NCBI GenBank assembly: GCA_001949185.1
Contig: BDGG01000002.1
Location: forward strand, 1,257,851 to 1,321,850
From: Ramazzottius varieornatus
Taxonomy: Eukaryota; Animalia; Tardigrada
Direction of reading: 5' to 3'
DNA: 64,000 bases
Shown here: piece by piece, positions 49,542-62,668 of the stretch
How the letters are laid out: every line of letters begins with the position of its first letter
Numbering within the stretch: the stretch's first letter is position 1
The notes under the pieces: model-generated
The model's input: the letters and a program-made list of their open reading frames with translations, nothing else
The model's database searches: none
Told to the model about the DNA's origin: nothing
Made by a program: the position numbers and the translations under genes

Positions 49542-52016
49542 CATGTTTGAAAGCACTCAGTCAACAATCTCTGCGACTTCCGACGGTTGCCCTTCTGTTC
49601 CTCCACAGCACAAGCCGATGGATAAACCGCGAAAGAGGCGATACTCGCAACGTCATCCGGACATGGAAGCTGCTCTGGCCGCTGTCAGCGACGGAATGTC
49701 CACCAGGATGGCCGCCGAGAAGTACAACATTCCTCAGAAGACTCAGTACAATAAAGTCAAGGGGGAACATTCGAAGAAGGTCGGACGTCCCAACACTTTG
49801 ACGCCAGAGGAAGAGAAGGAAATCTGCGAAATTCTCGTTCGTTGCTCCACGATCGGAGTTCCACTGGACAAGCGTACTTTGGTTGAGATCGTCAAAGCAA
49901 TCGCTCTGGCAAAAGGCAAGAACGGTGTTGCTGGTTCTCATCCGCACGGAGGATAACCTTCGGGATAATATCCCCAAAATGCTAAACGTAGAATATCCAC
50001 AATATCCAACTACCGGCTGCACAAGCACCAAGGATACCCTTGTCAGCAACGCTCTGTTTTTAGGCATGAACGAGGCTAAGTTTACCGATCGATGGCACCG
50101 AAAGTTTCTTCGCAGAAATCGCGAAATTTCCTCAAGGATCCTCAGCGCCGTAAGCTTCAAGAAGTCGAGAGAATTGACAAGGGCGCGCTGTGAACATTGG
50201 ATTTCGCTTCTACAGAAATTAAGTGACAATGGATTTCTCGACGATGCTGATGGAATATGGAACTTGGACGAGTCGGGATTTAGGCTGACGGAGTTGTTTG
50301 ATAAGGAGAGATCTACTCGAAGAGAGGAGTGGAGGAAGCGGTTGGGTACGTAAAAGGCACAGAGAGCGATCGAGAGAATATTTCTGTTCTGGCTATGGGA
50401 AACGCTGCTAGAAAGATGCTTCACCCGCTGATTCTTTACAAGGGGGAGATGCACATTGAATCACATTTCCGGGACTCTCACGATGCATTCTACGTTAGCA
50501 CCGATTCTTCGTGAGTAATGGACACTGAGGTTATGACCGAATTTCTCGAAAAAGAATTCCTGTCATCCATCATTTGTTCCAAGTTAAACCTTGTGCCAGT
50601 TTTAGAAAATGATACTTCCATCCGCATTTCGTTTCGAGGTGCGTGCGTAACGTCGAGGTTGACCTTTGTTATGTTACAGAACGTGTTGATTTTCGACGGA
50701 AATTCTTCTCATCTGAGCTGTGTCGCCTTTCTACTGGCCTGTATGGAGCATGAGAAGGAGATCCGAGTAGTAGTGCTTCCTTCTGGGCAGACTGCTTTCC
50801 TGCAGCCATTGGATAAAGAGGTGTTCGGGGGAGTGAATCAGAAGTAGCACATGCATCTCCGTGATTCCAGGGTTGACACATCCATCAATGTGAATAAACG
50901 CAAGCTTCTCTTTCGTTCGCAGTCCTATGACGGTAACAGCACTGTGAGAATATGGTGATAACATTTCACGTGTGTCACCATAACTTCCCTGCCTATGTCG
51001 AATCCAGACTTCCCGCCATACTCGTTCAATTCAGGTGAGACTACACCCGCCAAGGTTACCCTTGTTTATTAAGCTGTTTGCGATCACCAACCAACGAGAC
51101 TATGATTCAAAATAGAAAGGACGCTTCGCAAATAAAATCGGCTAGATTGGTTTCCCAGATGGCGCACTTTTTCAGTAATGTCGGCCAGAAGCCTGCGCCA
51201 GTTGGGGAAACTAACTTGTCGAGTTTATTTTCCGAGGTCCAATATGCCTATCGTGGGTAGGTTATTGTTCCGAGTGTCTTTGTTCCAGGTGGACCTTTGA
51301 AGGAAGGATTCCGCAAAACGGGAACTTTTTCCGTTAGACGCCGAACTGCTAAGACGCACGGTGGATCCTAACTTAGACATCGGGGAAGAAACAGAACTCG
51401 AAAGTGACCAGCACTTTGCTGATATCGCAAAAAGATCGGCCTGACCGATGACAAAACTACCACCTGCCTGCTGGAAATCAAAAAGGTCATGACAGGAGAG
51501 TCGATGGGCTCAGTCGTCGCCTTAGAATTCCATAAGAACTTGCTACGTAGCGCTCCTCAGAAGATTCGCGTTTGGATGTGTCCAATGGTAGCAGTCTCAC
51601 TGACAGCACGTACATCGGCACAAAGAAAGCTGCAATGGAAAAGAACAAACAGGAAGCCAAACGTTTAAGCACACTTCGAAGCGGCGGAGGGATGCACATC
51701 AGAAAGCAAAGGAATGAGCCTGAGCCCAAGCCAAGGATACCCTTGTACTGTTCTTCCAAAACGAAAGCGAAAGACTGCTGAGCAGGTTGCAGCGGAATTA
51801 GTAATTGATGTAGTCGCAGCACAGCCGGTCATCGATTCTTCAGTGGACAATCCGGAAGGTAGCCCTTCGAAAACCAGAACAGCGCGGCGGAAAGCACCAG
51901 CTAGGAATACCCCTGCTCCGCGAAAGAAACGTCCAGCTTCCATTTCCAAGGCAAAGCCTGTACCGAAGAAAAAACCTGCGGTTTCTGTTGTGAAGTCGAA
52001 GGCGAACAAAGCCTAG
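49542..52016 (+). mobile_element. Decayed pogo/Tigger-like transposase gene (HTH_psq + CENP-B HTH + DDE_1)
   Basis: MEAALAAVSDGMSTRMAAEKYNIP..., GRPNTLTPEEEKEI, FTDRWHRKFLRRN, WNLDESGF, MGNAARKMLHPLILYKG, IFDGNSSH...QPLD, GFRKTG, Lys/Pro-rich tail; stops and frameshifts. TIRs not identified. Confidence 0.9.
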
Positions 52017-52806
52017 AAAGTCTTTTTTAATTCCGTCAAGTTGAAGTAAAGGCTCTCCTGTTTTGTTGTTTTGCTGAACCATTATGCGATCTCGCATACT
52101 GTAATGGTTCAGTCCTATGTGACGCCGAAAGTAGAAATAAACTGTCTGCGTGGTAGGTGCATATCGACGATTACCATCACTTCTAGCAAAAATCGGAACG
52201 GCTAAAACTTTACTAACTCTTGCTGGGTTGCCTTACGGCGGTAGTACACGATCAGCGGAGCTAGACTCAGCGCTGCGCTACCTGCAGATTCTGCAAAGTA
52301 AAGTAAGACCGTTAGTAAAGTCAGGCCTCCCTCCTCGTACATATGTATTTTTGCGCGTTACAGCAAGACTGTCCCGGTTTTCGAGAAAACTCTTTTTTCA
52401 GTCGCTGGTCATAAGTACCAGTTAAAACACGTTTGCTCTTGTTCTTCAAGCTCTCTAGTTTTATCTGAGCACAAGAGGAATCATTCAGATCGGAAGCATC
52501 GGATGAGTTAAGAAAAAATATTCCCCCGTATTTCTGAAATTTGTTAAAATCATGCGCGCCAAGTGACCGGAGAGAATTTTGAGCTTTTCAGTCGAACGTT
52601 CGCATCTTGACATTCTAGCTTTTGACCAAAAACTACTTTTTCGATGACACAAGCAGACAAGCAAAAATCGTTTTGGAGCCAAATTTCAAGATGGAGCTCT
52701 CGAAACAGTTTGCACCTCCGACTCGTAAACCGACGTCAGACAGTTTGAACAGAAGCTCCACGTTTTGAAACTATCCGAGATGTTCAGAAGATTAGTGCTG
52801 TTACAG

Positions 52807-53224
52807 AGAGATCGGTTGATCGGGGCTGCGCCGACTTGATGTCGGACGAAGAGCGAACATACTGCGGAATTTTGAATTCGACAATCGACATGTTCCCAGC
52901 AAGGCGTCATACTACTAATATGACGCTTTCTCGACTCTGTCGCATATCTGTGTTTGACCAAGCGTGTAAGTTTTGTTTCATTAGTAAAATAAGCATCTCG
53001 TTTTGCACTGGGAACCGACGTCATGGATAACATACCTGGGTGCTACTATTGGATGCGTGTCAGGGATCATTTTCATTTCGGCTCTTTTATGGTATCGTCG
53101 ATGGTTGTACCGAGGAAGAATGGTGTCGGTCGACTTGAGCGGACCGGAGATGTCCGTGGCCAGGAACGAAAATTGTCTGTGGAACGTCGTGGACGGTTTT
53201 CGTCGTCTTGGGATAAAATACTGA
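52807..53224 (+). pseudogene. Partial paralog of the Ly6-like membrane gene at 7261-8415
   Basis: RSVDRGCADLMSDEERTYC matches exon 2 and SWITYLGATIGCVSGIIFISALLWY matches exon 3. The CxxC..CN segment and exon 1 were not found; the exon-3 acceptor reads ttttgcaC instead of ttttgcaG. Confidence 0.75.
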
Positions 53225-53858
53225 GTGCATTCCAACACAGGTGTCAACCAAGGTCAGAAAGGATTAAATCCAGGATTCAGTTCCTACCTGATCTCCGAAA
53301 ACAATACAATACCCTGACGGCTAGCACGCTTGGCCTTTCAGCGAGTTCGCTGTGACAGTTGGAGACCTGGACCTTCTTCAGTTCGCAAGTTTGGATTGTC
53401 TGTAGGCGGGAGAGGTTGTAAGCTTAGCCACCCCGCACCGGGTTTGTGAAGTCAGCCACGGCTGCAGCGTCTATCGCTTGATTGACTACAATCCATTCGT
53501 TCGAGCTGTGTACACTGCTCTTTGATTTCCAAATTTCAATATCACTGCAAACAAAAGAGCGTTCGTCATATATATTCTTCATTGTTCGTTCATTAACGCA
53601 TCGAACGCACATAGTGGAAAACGAATAGTTGATTTTGATTTAGAATGATTGTGATTTGTTGAGGTCACTTTCTTCCGCTTTCGGTAAGCTGTACGGTAAA
53701 TGGTTGACTGGTGCCAAAAAGAAATCGAAGAGCGATGTACACATGTCCAGCGAGTGGACTGTATTTGTTAATATATGTTAGTCTTGGCTTTTTAACATGG
53801 AATTTCTTCTCATTAATTGCGGATCTCTTGGATTCTCTGAGTCCTCCCTTTGACTGTA

Positions 53859-54025
53859 CACGCACGAAGGGGAAGTCTGGACCAATCGAAGACGACGGCA
53901 CCGTGAAACTCAACCGTAGAAAACTGTCGGGAATCATTCAATTTCATGCAATTTCCTGCAATTTTCTACGGTTGATTTCCCGGTGCCGTGATTTTCGCTT
54001 GATCCAGACTTTCCCTTCATGCGTG
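53859..54025. mobile_element. MITE (CACGCACGA-type TIR family)
   Basis: TA|CACGCACGAAGGGGAAGTCTGGA ... TCCAGACTTTCCCTTCATGCGTG|TA. Confidence 0.8.
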
Positions 54026-54351
54026 TACCTAACATCATTCGACAGCCCATCATTTTATCCATCGATCTGTGCATAGACATTCGGAACTGAGCAAGAGCGA
54101 ATAGGCAAAATTAGACGGCTAACTTTACAACCTTTCCCTCGTATTAATACCATATTTCAGCAAATTTTTCAGTCTTTTACATTGTCTAATAATTTCTCGT
54201 ACTTTTTGTGTCGTATCATTAACTTTGGAGGCTCGTCGTCTGGTTGATATTGGCAACGTTAACACTACCTACAGCTAGATGCAGCAAAAAAGTCTCTGAC
54301 ATTTGACATTCTGTGATATAACTGGGCTGTAGCGGAATATGGAAAGTAAAA

Positions 54352-56615
54352 TTTTTTTTTAATATAGTAACATTATATTAAAGTAGATGATAGTAGATGG
54401 TTTGAGCATCTACTGTATTTAGTAATATTTAGTAAACAGAATTGGGCACCGCATTCCAATATTTTTTTTACATAGCTAACGATTTTGAGAAAAAAGTCTG
54501 AGTCTAGCCTAGAAAACAAAAACACGCTAGACTATCGCTACTCACACTTAAAATGTAAAAATTTTCATCCAAACCGCGAGAAACAGGAAACGTGCCTAAA
54601 ACACAGGCTGCGTTACCCCTCTGAATATCAATGCTAATTCTCTGTCTTAAAACTTCCGAGGATCTCTTTTCACCGGTTCGGTCAGCCATTCTTTTTCCTA
54701 TCTCTCAAGAGGCTGGTAGCTGCAGGACCGAAGGTCTCGAAACCAACTGGACAAAAGAAGTAGCTGCCTTCGAGTCTCTGGTACTTCGGACGTTTGTTCT
54801 CCTCGGCCTTGTTAGCTGCGTGGCCCGCGTTCTGCGCAGATCCCTTACGATAGGTCTGGCAAACGGAGTCGACGCAGGTCACATCCCACACCAGCGCCTT
54901 GCCCTCCTTCCAAGGAACCAGCGTTATCCCGTCTGTCCTTTTCTGAGAGTCGTCCCGCAGGACACCTTTGGGCTCCAAGACGGCTTGGACTTGACAAGAG
55001 ACTAAAGCACGGCGCAAGGACTCGTTAAGGGAGGAGTGTCTGCTGTGGCGGCCAGCGGAATACTTACAGCTCAAACCATGGCGCCCGTGGATGTCGACCG
55101 TAGCCGAGCACCGACATGTGTGAGGTTCGCCGATCGGGGCTCCTAGCCTGAGACCGACCGAAATGCGCAGTGAGTCGTCGTCGAAAAGGTTGCCCAGACA
55201 GGATGCCGGCAACGCATTCAGTCACGCACCAGACTCCTTCGTGGAAGCGGCGAGAATTCGAGCCGTTTCTTCTTCCGACTCAGAGTAGGAAGCCACGACT
55301 GCGAGAAAGTGCTTCTGGACGATGGGCTGGTCCCACAACCGTTGGTGGACCCGCAGCTCAGGCATGGGCAGTTCAACACCAGACTGCTCAACCCACGCTG
55401 ACTGCTCGGCAGCACAGAGCTCGTCCACGTCGAAATCAGCGACCATCGACGATACCAAACGCTTCGCAGAAAAAATCGAGGCCAAATAGGCCGGAAGGGC
55501 TATCTCTTCTGCTCGGCGAAGGCCGAGGCCACCTTTTACGACTGGCAAGCTAGTTTGCCTCCAGACTGAATCCTTCATCTTGGTGTTGGTAATGCGGGCG
55601 ACACTGCTTCGAAGAACCTCGTCGAAGTTGCGTAGTAGTGCAGGAAACTTCCAGACGGGACTGCAACGTAAGATGTAAAGAAGCTTGGGCAACAACAAGC
55701 ATTTCTTTAGCAGGAACTAGGCGTGGTGAGCCCCGAGTTTCGCGAGCCTCGTTGTTATCAGTTCCGCTTGTCTTATCTTTTCTTGGAGGATTGAAGGGAA
55801 AGCATCTTCCAGGATGGGCACACCCAGAAGCAGCAGATCCGCATTCGTCAGGGAAGCCAACTTTGGGAAAATTCTTTTCACCATGGACTTTTTGGTCACC
55901 TGTTCTTTCTTGCTGCCTCCGTAAATGTACATCTCACACTTGGACATGTTTAGCTCCAAGCCGAGGGTGACACACTGGTTAATCACCGTCTGCAGGTCTT
56001 CGAGGACGATGTCCGAATCCCCTCCAACTGTCGCATCATCCAGATACCAACAATTGAAGGGCGACTGGAGGGACTTGGAGAGTTCTCGTGTTACTAGGCA
56101 GAAAAGGAGTGGTCCGAGGGGATCGCCTTGTTGGACGCCTCTGGCCGACGACAGAATCTGGTCGCCGTAGAACAGGTTTGATGGTTGACCGTACATCTGG
56201 TACACGAAGAGAAAATATTGTGGGAGGCATTTCTGAACTTCTAACAACAGTTTATCTCTAAAAACAGTGTTAAAAGCGTCCTTGAATTTTAGAGAAAAAC
56301 TTGGCAATCTTTCTCATTCTGCGTGACGAAGAGGCGCGCCGAATGAACTGCAGCTTCAGCACCTCCCCTTGTGCTATAGCCGACCTGCCCCGGCCGCAGC
56401 AGTTCGCCCATCGGTTGCATCACTCGCTTGCTGACCACCTTCCCTGCTAGGCGTCGTAAAGTGCAACCGACGGCAATGGGACGGATCCCGCCGTCTTTCT
56501 TTGTCAGAGCGATGAGTGACGCTTCATACAGGAAGGGGCAGACCTCCCCTGATACCTTTCCGCTCAACAACAGTCACGCTAGTGACGCGAGCGCCTCCAG
56601 CATCTCCTCTTACGG
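54352..56615 (-). mobile_element. 5'-truncated, disrupted CRE-like non-LTR retrotransposon (RT + restriction-like endonuclease)
   Basis: KKDGGIRPIAVG..LRRL, FKDAFN, GVQQGDPLGPLLF, WYLDD, GGLGLR, Zn knuckle CRC...HGLSC, RH, DGITLVPW...WDVT, AEENK..KY, PVGFETFG. Poly(A) is seen as T9 at 54352-54360; stops near 55717 and 55222. Confidence 0.92.
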
Positions 56616-58597
56616 AGGTTCTGAACATCGTTACGGAGCGGTGTTTTTACTTTTTTCTCATTCCAAATTTTCTGTGAATCGTTACTCAGTTTTCCATATT
56701 CTCTGGCTGTTATACAGTCACCAAGCAATTTTTCTGATCATATTAGTTTCAGTCTCAAGTATCCAGTCCTCATATCTTTCCATTGGATGTTTCTATTGAC
56801 AGATCTTTTGTGGTAGATGTGATGTGAAAATGTAAAATAACTGGAATGAGGGAAAACAAGCCGAAAGCTTGCAAAGTGGTTTCAGTGGTCTGTACACTTC
56901 TAGTGAGATTCCTCTGCACAAATCCAGATTTTGGAACCTCGCACGAGACGGTGAGTTTTGAAGTAATGCTTCTTGAAACAAGAACATTTCTTATCTCAAG
57001 ATCAGAGATAAGTCTCAGTCTTTTCAGTCTATCTGGATTTTTGTTTCGTCTGAGTCAGTTTCAGCTTTCTGAATATCAGTGTTAGTCCTGCTAGCTCAGT
57101 TTCAGTCTGATAGACGTACAGTTTCGGTCAATGTCGTTTAATAGAAATGACATTCCATAGAAATTTCATGGAGATGTCAGCTTGGAACGTCGCCCAACAA
57201 TGTCCCACGAAAAACTTCATTCAGAAATCCGAGCGGCGCAAAAAAACCAATTGGCGCAGTGGCCTAGATCCACCCACTTGTTGCGCTAATCATGTGAGGT
57301 TGAAACTCGTTATGCGAAGCTGGCGATTTGCGGAACCTCTCCGGACGGTTTTGCAGAACCGCTCTTCTTCCTCGTGGACCAGTTTGACGAGATATCAAAT
57401 CAAACTAAATCTTCATTTCGACTGAGTAATGGAAACAAAAAGTTTTGGTTTCAACTGCTCGACGCTGAGACCTATCGGAAACCGCGCATACCTTGGTGCG
57501 AATAGTCACAGTTAAAGGTGAAGTGGAGACAACAAAGTTGTGAAAGCTACAGTTGGAGACGGAAAGCTTATCCAGATAAAATCACAGTTACCTGCAGTTT
57601 TATGGAAGTTCAATGACGACACCACCATCGCAGTTACCAAAAAATCATACGATAAAGACTTCCCTCAGGCTACTACTGGCTGGGATCCAGGACAAAACTC
57701 ACGTGAACCCAAAAACACGTCTGCAGATGTTTTTACACCGGAGAAGTTCTTTTATGTAACATAGGGTACGCTGCGGTCTTTTGAACTCTCGCGTAAAAGT
57801 TGCGATCGCGTTCTCAGTTAATTTCCAGAAGTGGTTGTAGTTACGTACGCTTCGTGAAAATTTTGACACCGTCTACAAGAAAACACTTTGGAGCCCATTT
57901 AACCAGTAGACATCATACAGAAAGCAAGCAATAAGAGCCTAAAGACCGTGCTATCAAACAGCTGTTTTTTTCCGGTTTTTGAAACCTTCGCTGAGGATAT
58001 AGCCAGGTTGGCTGAGGATAAAACCATAAACTAATGAAACAAAAAACAGTACCCTGCATTCCTCGAGAGAGCGAAACTTCTCAAGTTTCGAACAGTGGAG
58101 GTAGGTACCTTGCTGTATCATAGAAAAGCATTCTTTCTCGCTCTCGTCGATCAAGCGAGGAAAAATTGCGAAAGAGGTGTTGGGTGACACCCGGTATTTT
58201 ACAAAACTGCTTTTCAAAGTTTACTGTCTTCAGTTTGTAGCCCAAGCTATGTGGTACAGCACAGAGACCAGTTTTTGAGAAACCAGTAACCGGTTTTCGG
58301 GTAAAAAAATTGCGAACGAACCCTGGTTAGTAGTGAGTGCTGGTCCTTCGCTCATTTTTCCACTTTTCTTCTCTTATTAGATCGCTTCGATTGTGGTTGC
58401 ACAAAATTACCGAGACTTTGTTGCTACTGCTGAGGACCACACGAAATTGAGGAGTTTCTTCGCCTTATCACAAAAATTTGTTGAAATTAAGCCCCCAAAA
58501 AAACGCAAAGTCATATCGACCGACCTGATAGATCGAGAGTTTTCCCGTGTTTTTCTTCATTTAAGGCAAGCTGCGACCCAGCCGAAGGCGAAGCGAG

Positions 58598-59765
58598 CAC
58601 CTGGGACATCGATCTTATCTATGGTTTGTTTGCAGCTCCCGCGTGTGCCGAGACACCGACTCACCGGATGGACAGAGTACCAACTGACGTAAACGGTTAC
58701 GAGCCGTACATCCGCCCCAGACGGGATCCACGCCAAAATGGCCTATTCCACCGTTAAACTCCATAGGGATGTTCAGAACCACGAAGATGAGCCAACTGTT
58801 CAGTATGAAGATCGCACACCACTTCGGAAGGGAGAAGTACCGATACTTGAGGGGAAAGAACACAGCTACGAAGCGGTTGATGGCCAGACAGAGGATAAGA
58901 CCGAGCTGATCGGAAGGAACACCCAAGGCATGAGGGTCTCGACCAGTACCATGTGCCCGATCAGCATACCCAAGCCTTTGCGCAAACTCCGTGTCATCCA
59001 TATGGTTATTAAGCGAAAACTATCCAGAAGACCAATGGAGAGGAAGAAATAAATCTTCAGTCTGTAACGAGCGGCCAGTCTTGATTGATATCTTTGCCAT
59101 ATCGCCGGTTGTGAAATAGTGATGTTGGACAAGGTCCAAAACCTAAGAGAGGAGTAAATGAAGTTATGGTTGAGCTCTCGGAGTCTCCTGTCCAAATCAG
59201 CCTACGCGCGGCTAATGAGCGAGGTGCGTGGTGGAATGTACTGTGGCGATAGGATTGTCAAATCCGGCTTTCTACTTTTGAAGCACCGTAGAATCAGGGC
59301 GGACCATGATTGATCGTAAATTTGACGTTGCGCGGAAAAGTGCGGACGGAGCCATTTTGTGGTTTTTCACTATCGGACTGTCAGTACACTAACTTCTCCC
59401 AAAAGCAACGTGCAGTTATGCGCATGGGACACGGTCTTCATTTGCCTGCTTGTATCATTTGAACACGCCCACCGATTTGCATGATTAGAACACCACCAGG
59501 TACAACACACTCTACACTTTCGGATCACGTGGTGGGCGAGTTGCTGGTTCAATCAAGTACTTCTCTACGGCTGATCCTCCATTCTGCCCTCCTGTCCGCC
59601 TGTCCCATAATTTGTACTGGCCCACAATTTCTCGTCGTACGTGTCCTGGGTTCTGGACGAGTAGCTCTCTTCGGGTTTGGCCCTCACAACTTCTCGGAGA
59701 TGAGACCGCGAGTTCATTCCACTTGTAGCCGAGACTCCGCTTGTGGCCAGCTCTCATCAACACGT
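58598..59765 (+). repeat. Dispersed duplication, copy 2 (carries the GPCR pseudogene fragment on the minus strand)
   Basis: Matches 9776-11187 except for a 249-bp deletion; LAINRFVAVFFPLKY in ORF 58615-59001. Confidence 0.95.
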
Positions 59766-62277
59766 GCTATTCATCTTAACCGGTCCTGTACAAAGGGACA
59801 CCCAAGTCAGTAGTAGATGAAGTTGTGGTTCAGGTCCTCTGACACGGTCGTGCTACGGGGAATGAGCGAGGAGCGCGGTGGAACGTACTGTAGTAATATG
59901 ATTCCGAAATCCGCCTTTCTGCAAAACCGGTTCAGTCTCGGAATAGCAAACGGCCCTACTCCGGTGGAGCATGCCGGCGAACGCACACCCTGTTGCCACA
60001 ACCCATGGAAAAGTCGGTCTGGATACAGTGGCAGTAGCGTGGACGTCAATGTGGGACACGGCATGCCGTCCAGCGATCCCACATTGATTTCCCACCACCT
60101 TGCGACCACATTAGTCACTTTGACATCCTATATTGAATTTTCTTCCGCATGTTTCCTTTCCAGTCTAATCCCATATTGATTTCAACTCTTATTGTTGCGC
60201 TGTAAATCCCACATTGCTTTCGGTGACCCGATTTGATGACGTCAGAGTTCCCAAATTGATTTCCATAGTACTCCCAGCCTCACCAGATTCCCCATTGAAA
60301 CCCTGTTAGTCCCATGCCTAATTGACCACGCCCATTTCACTACGTCACGTATCCCACATTGAGCCTTTTTTCAAAAGAACGCACACTGCTGATCCAGTAC
60401 CTGACCCAATACGCCGGATCATCCTTCCTCGATACCGAATCGGACATTGGTGAGCCTGAGGAAGAAGGTTCACGCAAGCGGAAACGAAAGTCAAAGTTCG
60501 TGGCCAAGGCTGGTGACAAGGGACGGATGGCGAGGTTCGACAAAATTTTGAAGCTGAACGCCGACGGTCGCTTCGTCAAACTGCCGAAGACCGGCAAACG
60601 CATTCTGTCTCTCGACGACAGCAGCGGCGATGATGACAAAGCGTAGTTGCTGTAAAGAGCCGGCAGTTTTGGTCGACTGTTTTGTCAAGCGTTTCAATTC
60701 TTTTTGGAGCTTTTTATGAACCATTTGAACCTTTAGCTTGTTTTTTAGCATTTTTGAATTGTTTTAAATTAATTTGATATACCCAGCTTGTCGTGGTGTT
60801 TAACTTACGTTCTAGTTGTTGTCGGTCGTTTTCACTTAGGTTTTCCTTGAGTGAGATCTCAGGTGTAATTTTGGTGAATTTCTCTCTTGTCGGAATTTTT
60901 CTATCGGTTGCCTGATCGGCATACTTATTGTCCATCATCTGTTATTATTAAATTTGTTATTGTTGCAGGCTTGTGGTCTGTTGGATCGATCCTCGGTTTT
61001 AATAGTGCGCAGTCATGTTTCGGCGGTTTATAATAATAGGCAGACAATAGCCCGTCAGCAACAGAAGCAGTGCGGTCAAGCTAACGCTATTACTGTAGTT
61101 ACACCCCGAATCCTGAACGGGTTAGACCATGTGAACCAGAGCCGTTCCTCCTCCGCAACTGAAAAGCCTTTACCCAGGAAATCAGTAATCTATCGTTACG
61201 GATATGAACATGAGTAATGTGCGTTCAAGAAACAGGTTCGAAAGAGACCGGGGTATGAAACAAAAGCTTTACCAGATAGGTTTTCGCGTTAGCTATGGGT
61301 ACCTTACTCAAGAGTTCTTTGATGTTGTCGCATCGCCGGACCTCCGTAGACTGCAGTGCGGCACCAATATGGGATCCTCCCACATAAACCACCTTACGCT
61401 GCGATCAACCTTTAGCGTTCAGTGCGTATTTAAAAGTGGATCAATGTGGGATCATCTGGTCCCATATTGTTTCCTGCCGGAATTACACCCTGGAAGCGGC
61501 AAACGTCGGTAATGTGGGGTTGCGGTGGATGCCACAGGAGATATTTTTTCATAGGAAGCCTTTTTCACATTAAAATGACCTAATGTTTCTGTGGCTAACC
61601 CTCCGCTAACCTTCGGCTTCCCAGTGAAGCTGAGGGTTTTGCAAGTTAAACCCGATGCGCTGATGTCGCACCAGCACAAACCATAAAAAAATCCAGACGG
61701 TTCTGTGATTTCCCCTGACAAGAAGGCGGAAATACAGTCAGTTCAAGCAAACTTGCTACCACCTATCAATTCTCGCCGCTCTCAACGGGATAATTGCGCA
61801 GCTTCGTAACCAGTTTTTCTCGATTCAGCATCTTATTGGCTACCTCAAGGAAAATTACTGGCCCGCAGTCTGTTTAGCAGAAGTCACAATCGATATTAAA
61901 CCAGAGGTCGTGGAAAGCGAAAAATACACCAAATTTCGAAATTTTTAGGGGCGTCATCTGGACATCTGGATATAAACATCTGGACGTCTGGACATCGTTG
62001 CCATTTTCTTCCTGTCTTGTTCTGCCGACTTTTTGAGCAATATCGCCTCGTTCGATAGCTTTCCTGCATAAAGTCTTGTAACCTGTCTAGAATATGGTCA
62101 CATAGACTTCTGGAATTTCTGCCTCCTGTTCTCTTTCTGTCGTTGTTTGCGGGTGTAAGGAGTAGTGGAACAGAAAACACTAAAAATCATCATTTTGGGT
62201 TTTATCAGGGTTTGTGTCTCAGTAAAAACCATAAATGATTCAGAACTTTTCATGTCCGATAACTTGTATTTTCCATA

Positions 62278-62668
62278 CGAGGTAAAGGACATGGAGTTTT
62301 CCAGTGAGAATTTCGGACATGAAAATTTCCAGGTTGTTTTAACGTAGCTGCTGGTGAGATTGCGTCGTACGGTAAGTCTGTCAATAGAGAAAGTCTTTCT
62401 TATCATAACCAAGCCGTCTTCCGAGTCATTTGACGGTGCAAAGGCGAGAAAGGAAGGTCTGCAGGAGACAGTATAAAATCCAATGTTAAAGAGCCTGGAC
62501 AAGAAATAAGACGTAGGCCTGAAGAGGCGCTTGTGTAGTCTTCTACGGAGACTTACGCCAAGACGTTACACCTCCGTTCTGGTCAACTCCTAAGAACTCC
62601 TACTGTGGTGCCACCCTACACCGCAGTTTGGAAATTTCCATGTCCGAATTTTCATGTCCTTTACCTCG
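62278..62668. mobile_element. TA-flanked mariner-like MITE
   Basis: TA|CGAGGTAAAGGACATG ... CATGTCCTTTACCTCG|TA, plus an inner inverted TCGGACATG-AAATTTCCA block. Confidence 0.8.

Noticed and set aside
49561-50454. 297-aa minus-strand ORF
   Set aside because: Antisense to the pogo transposase.
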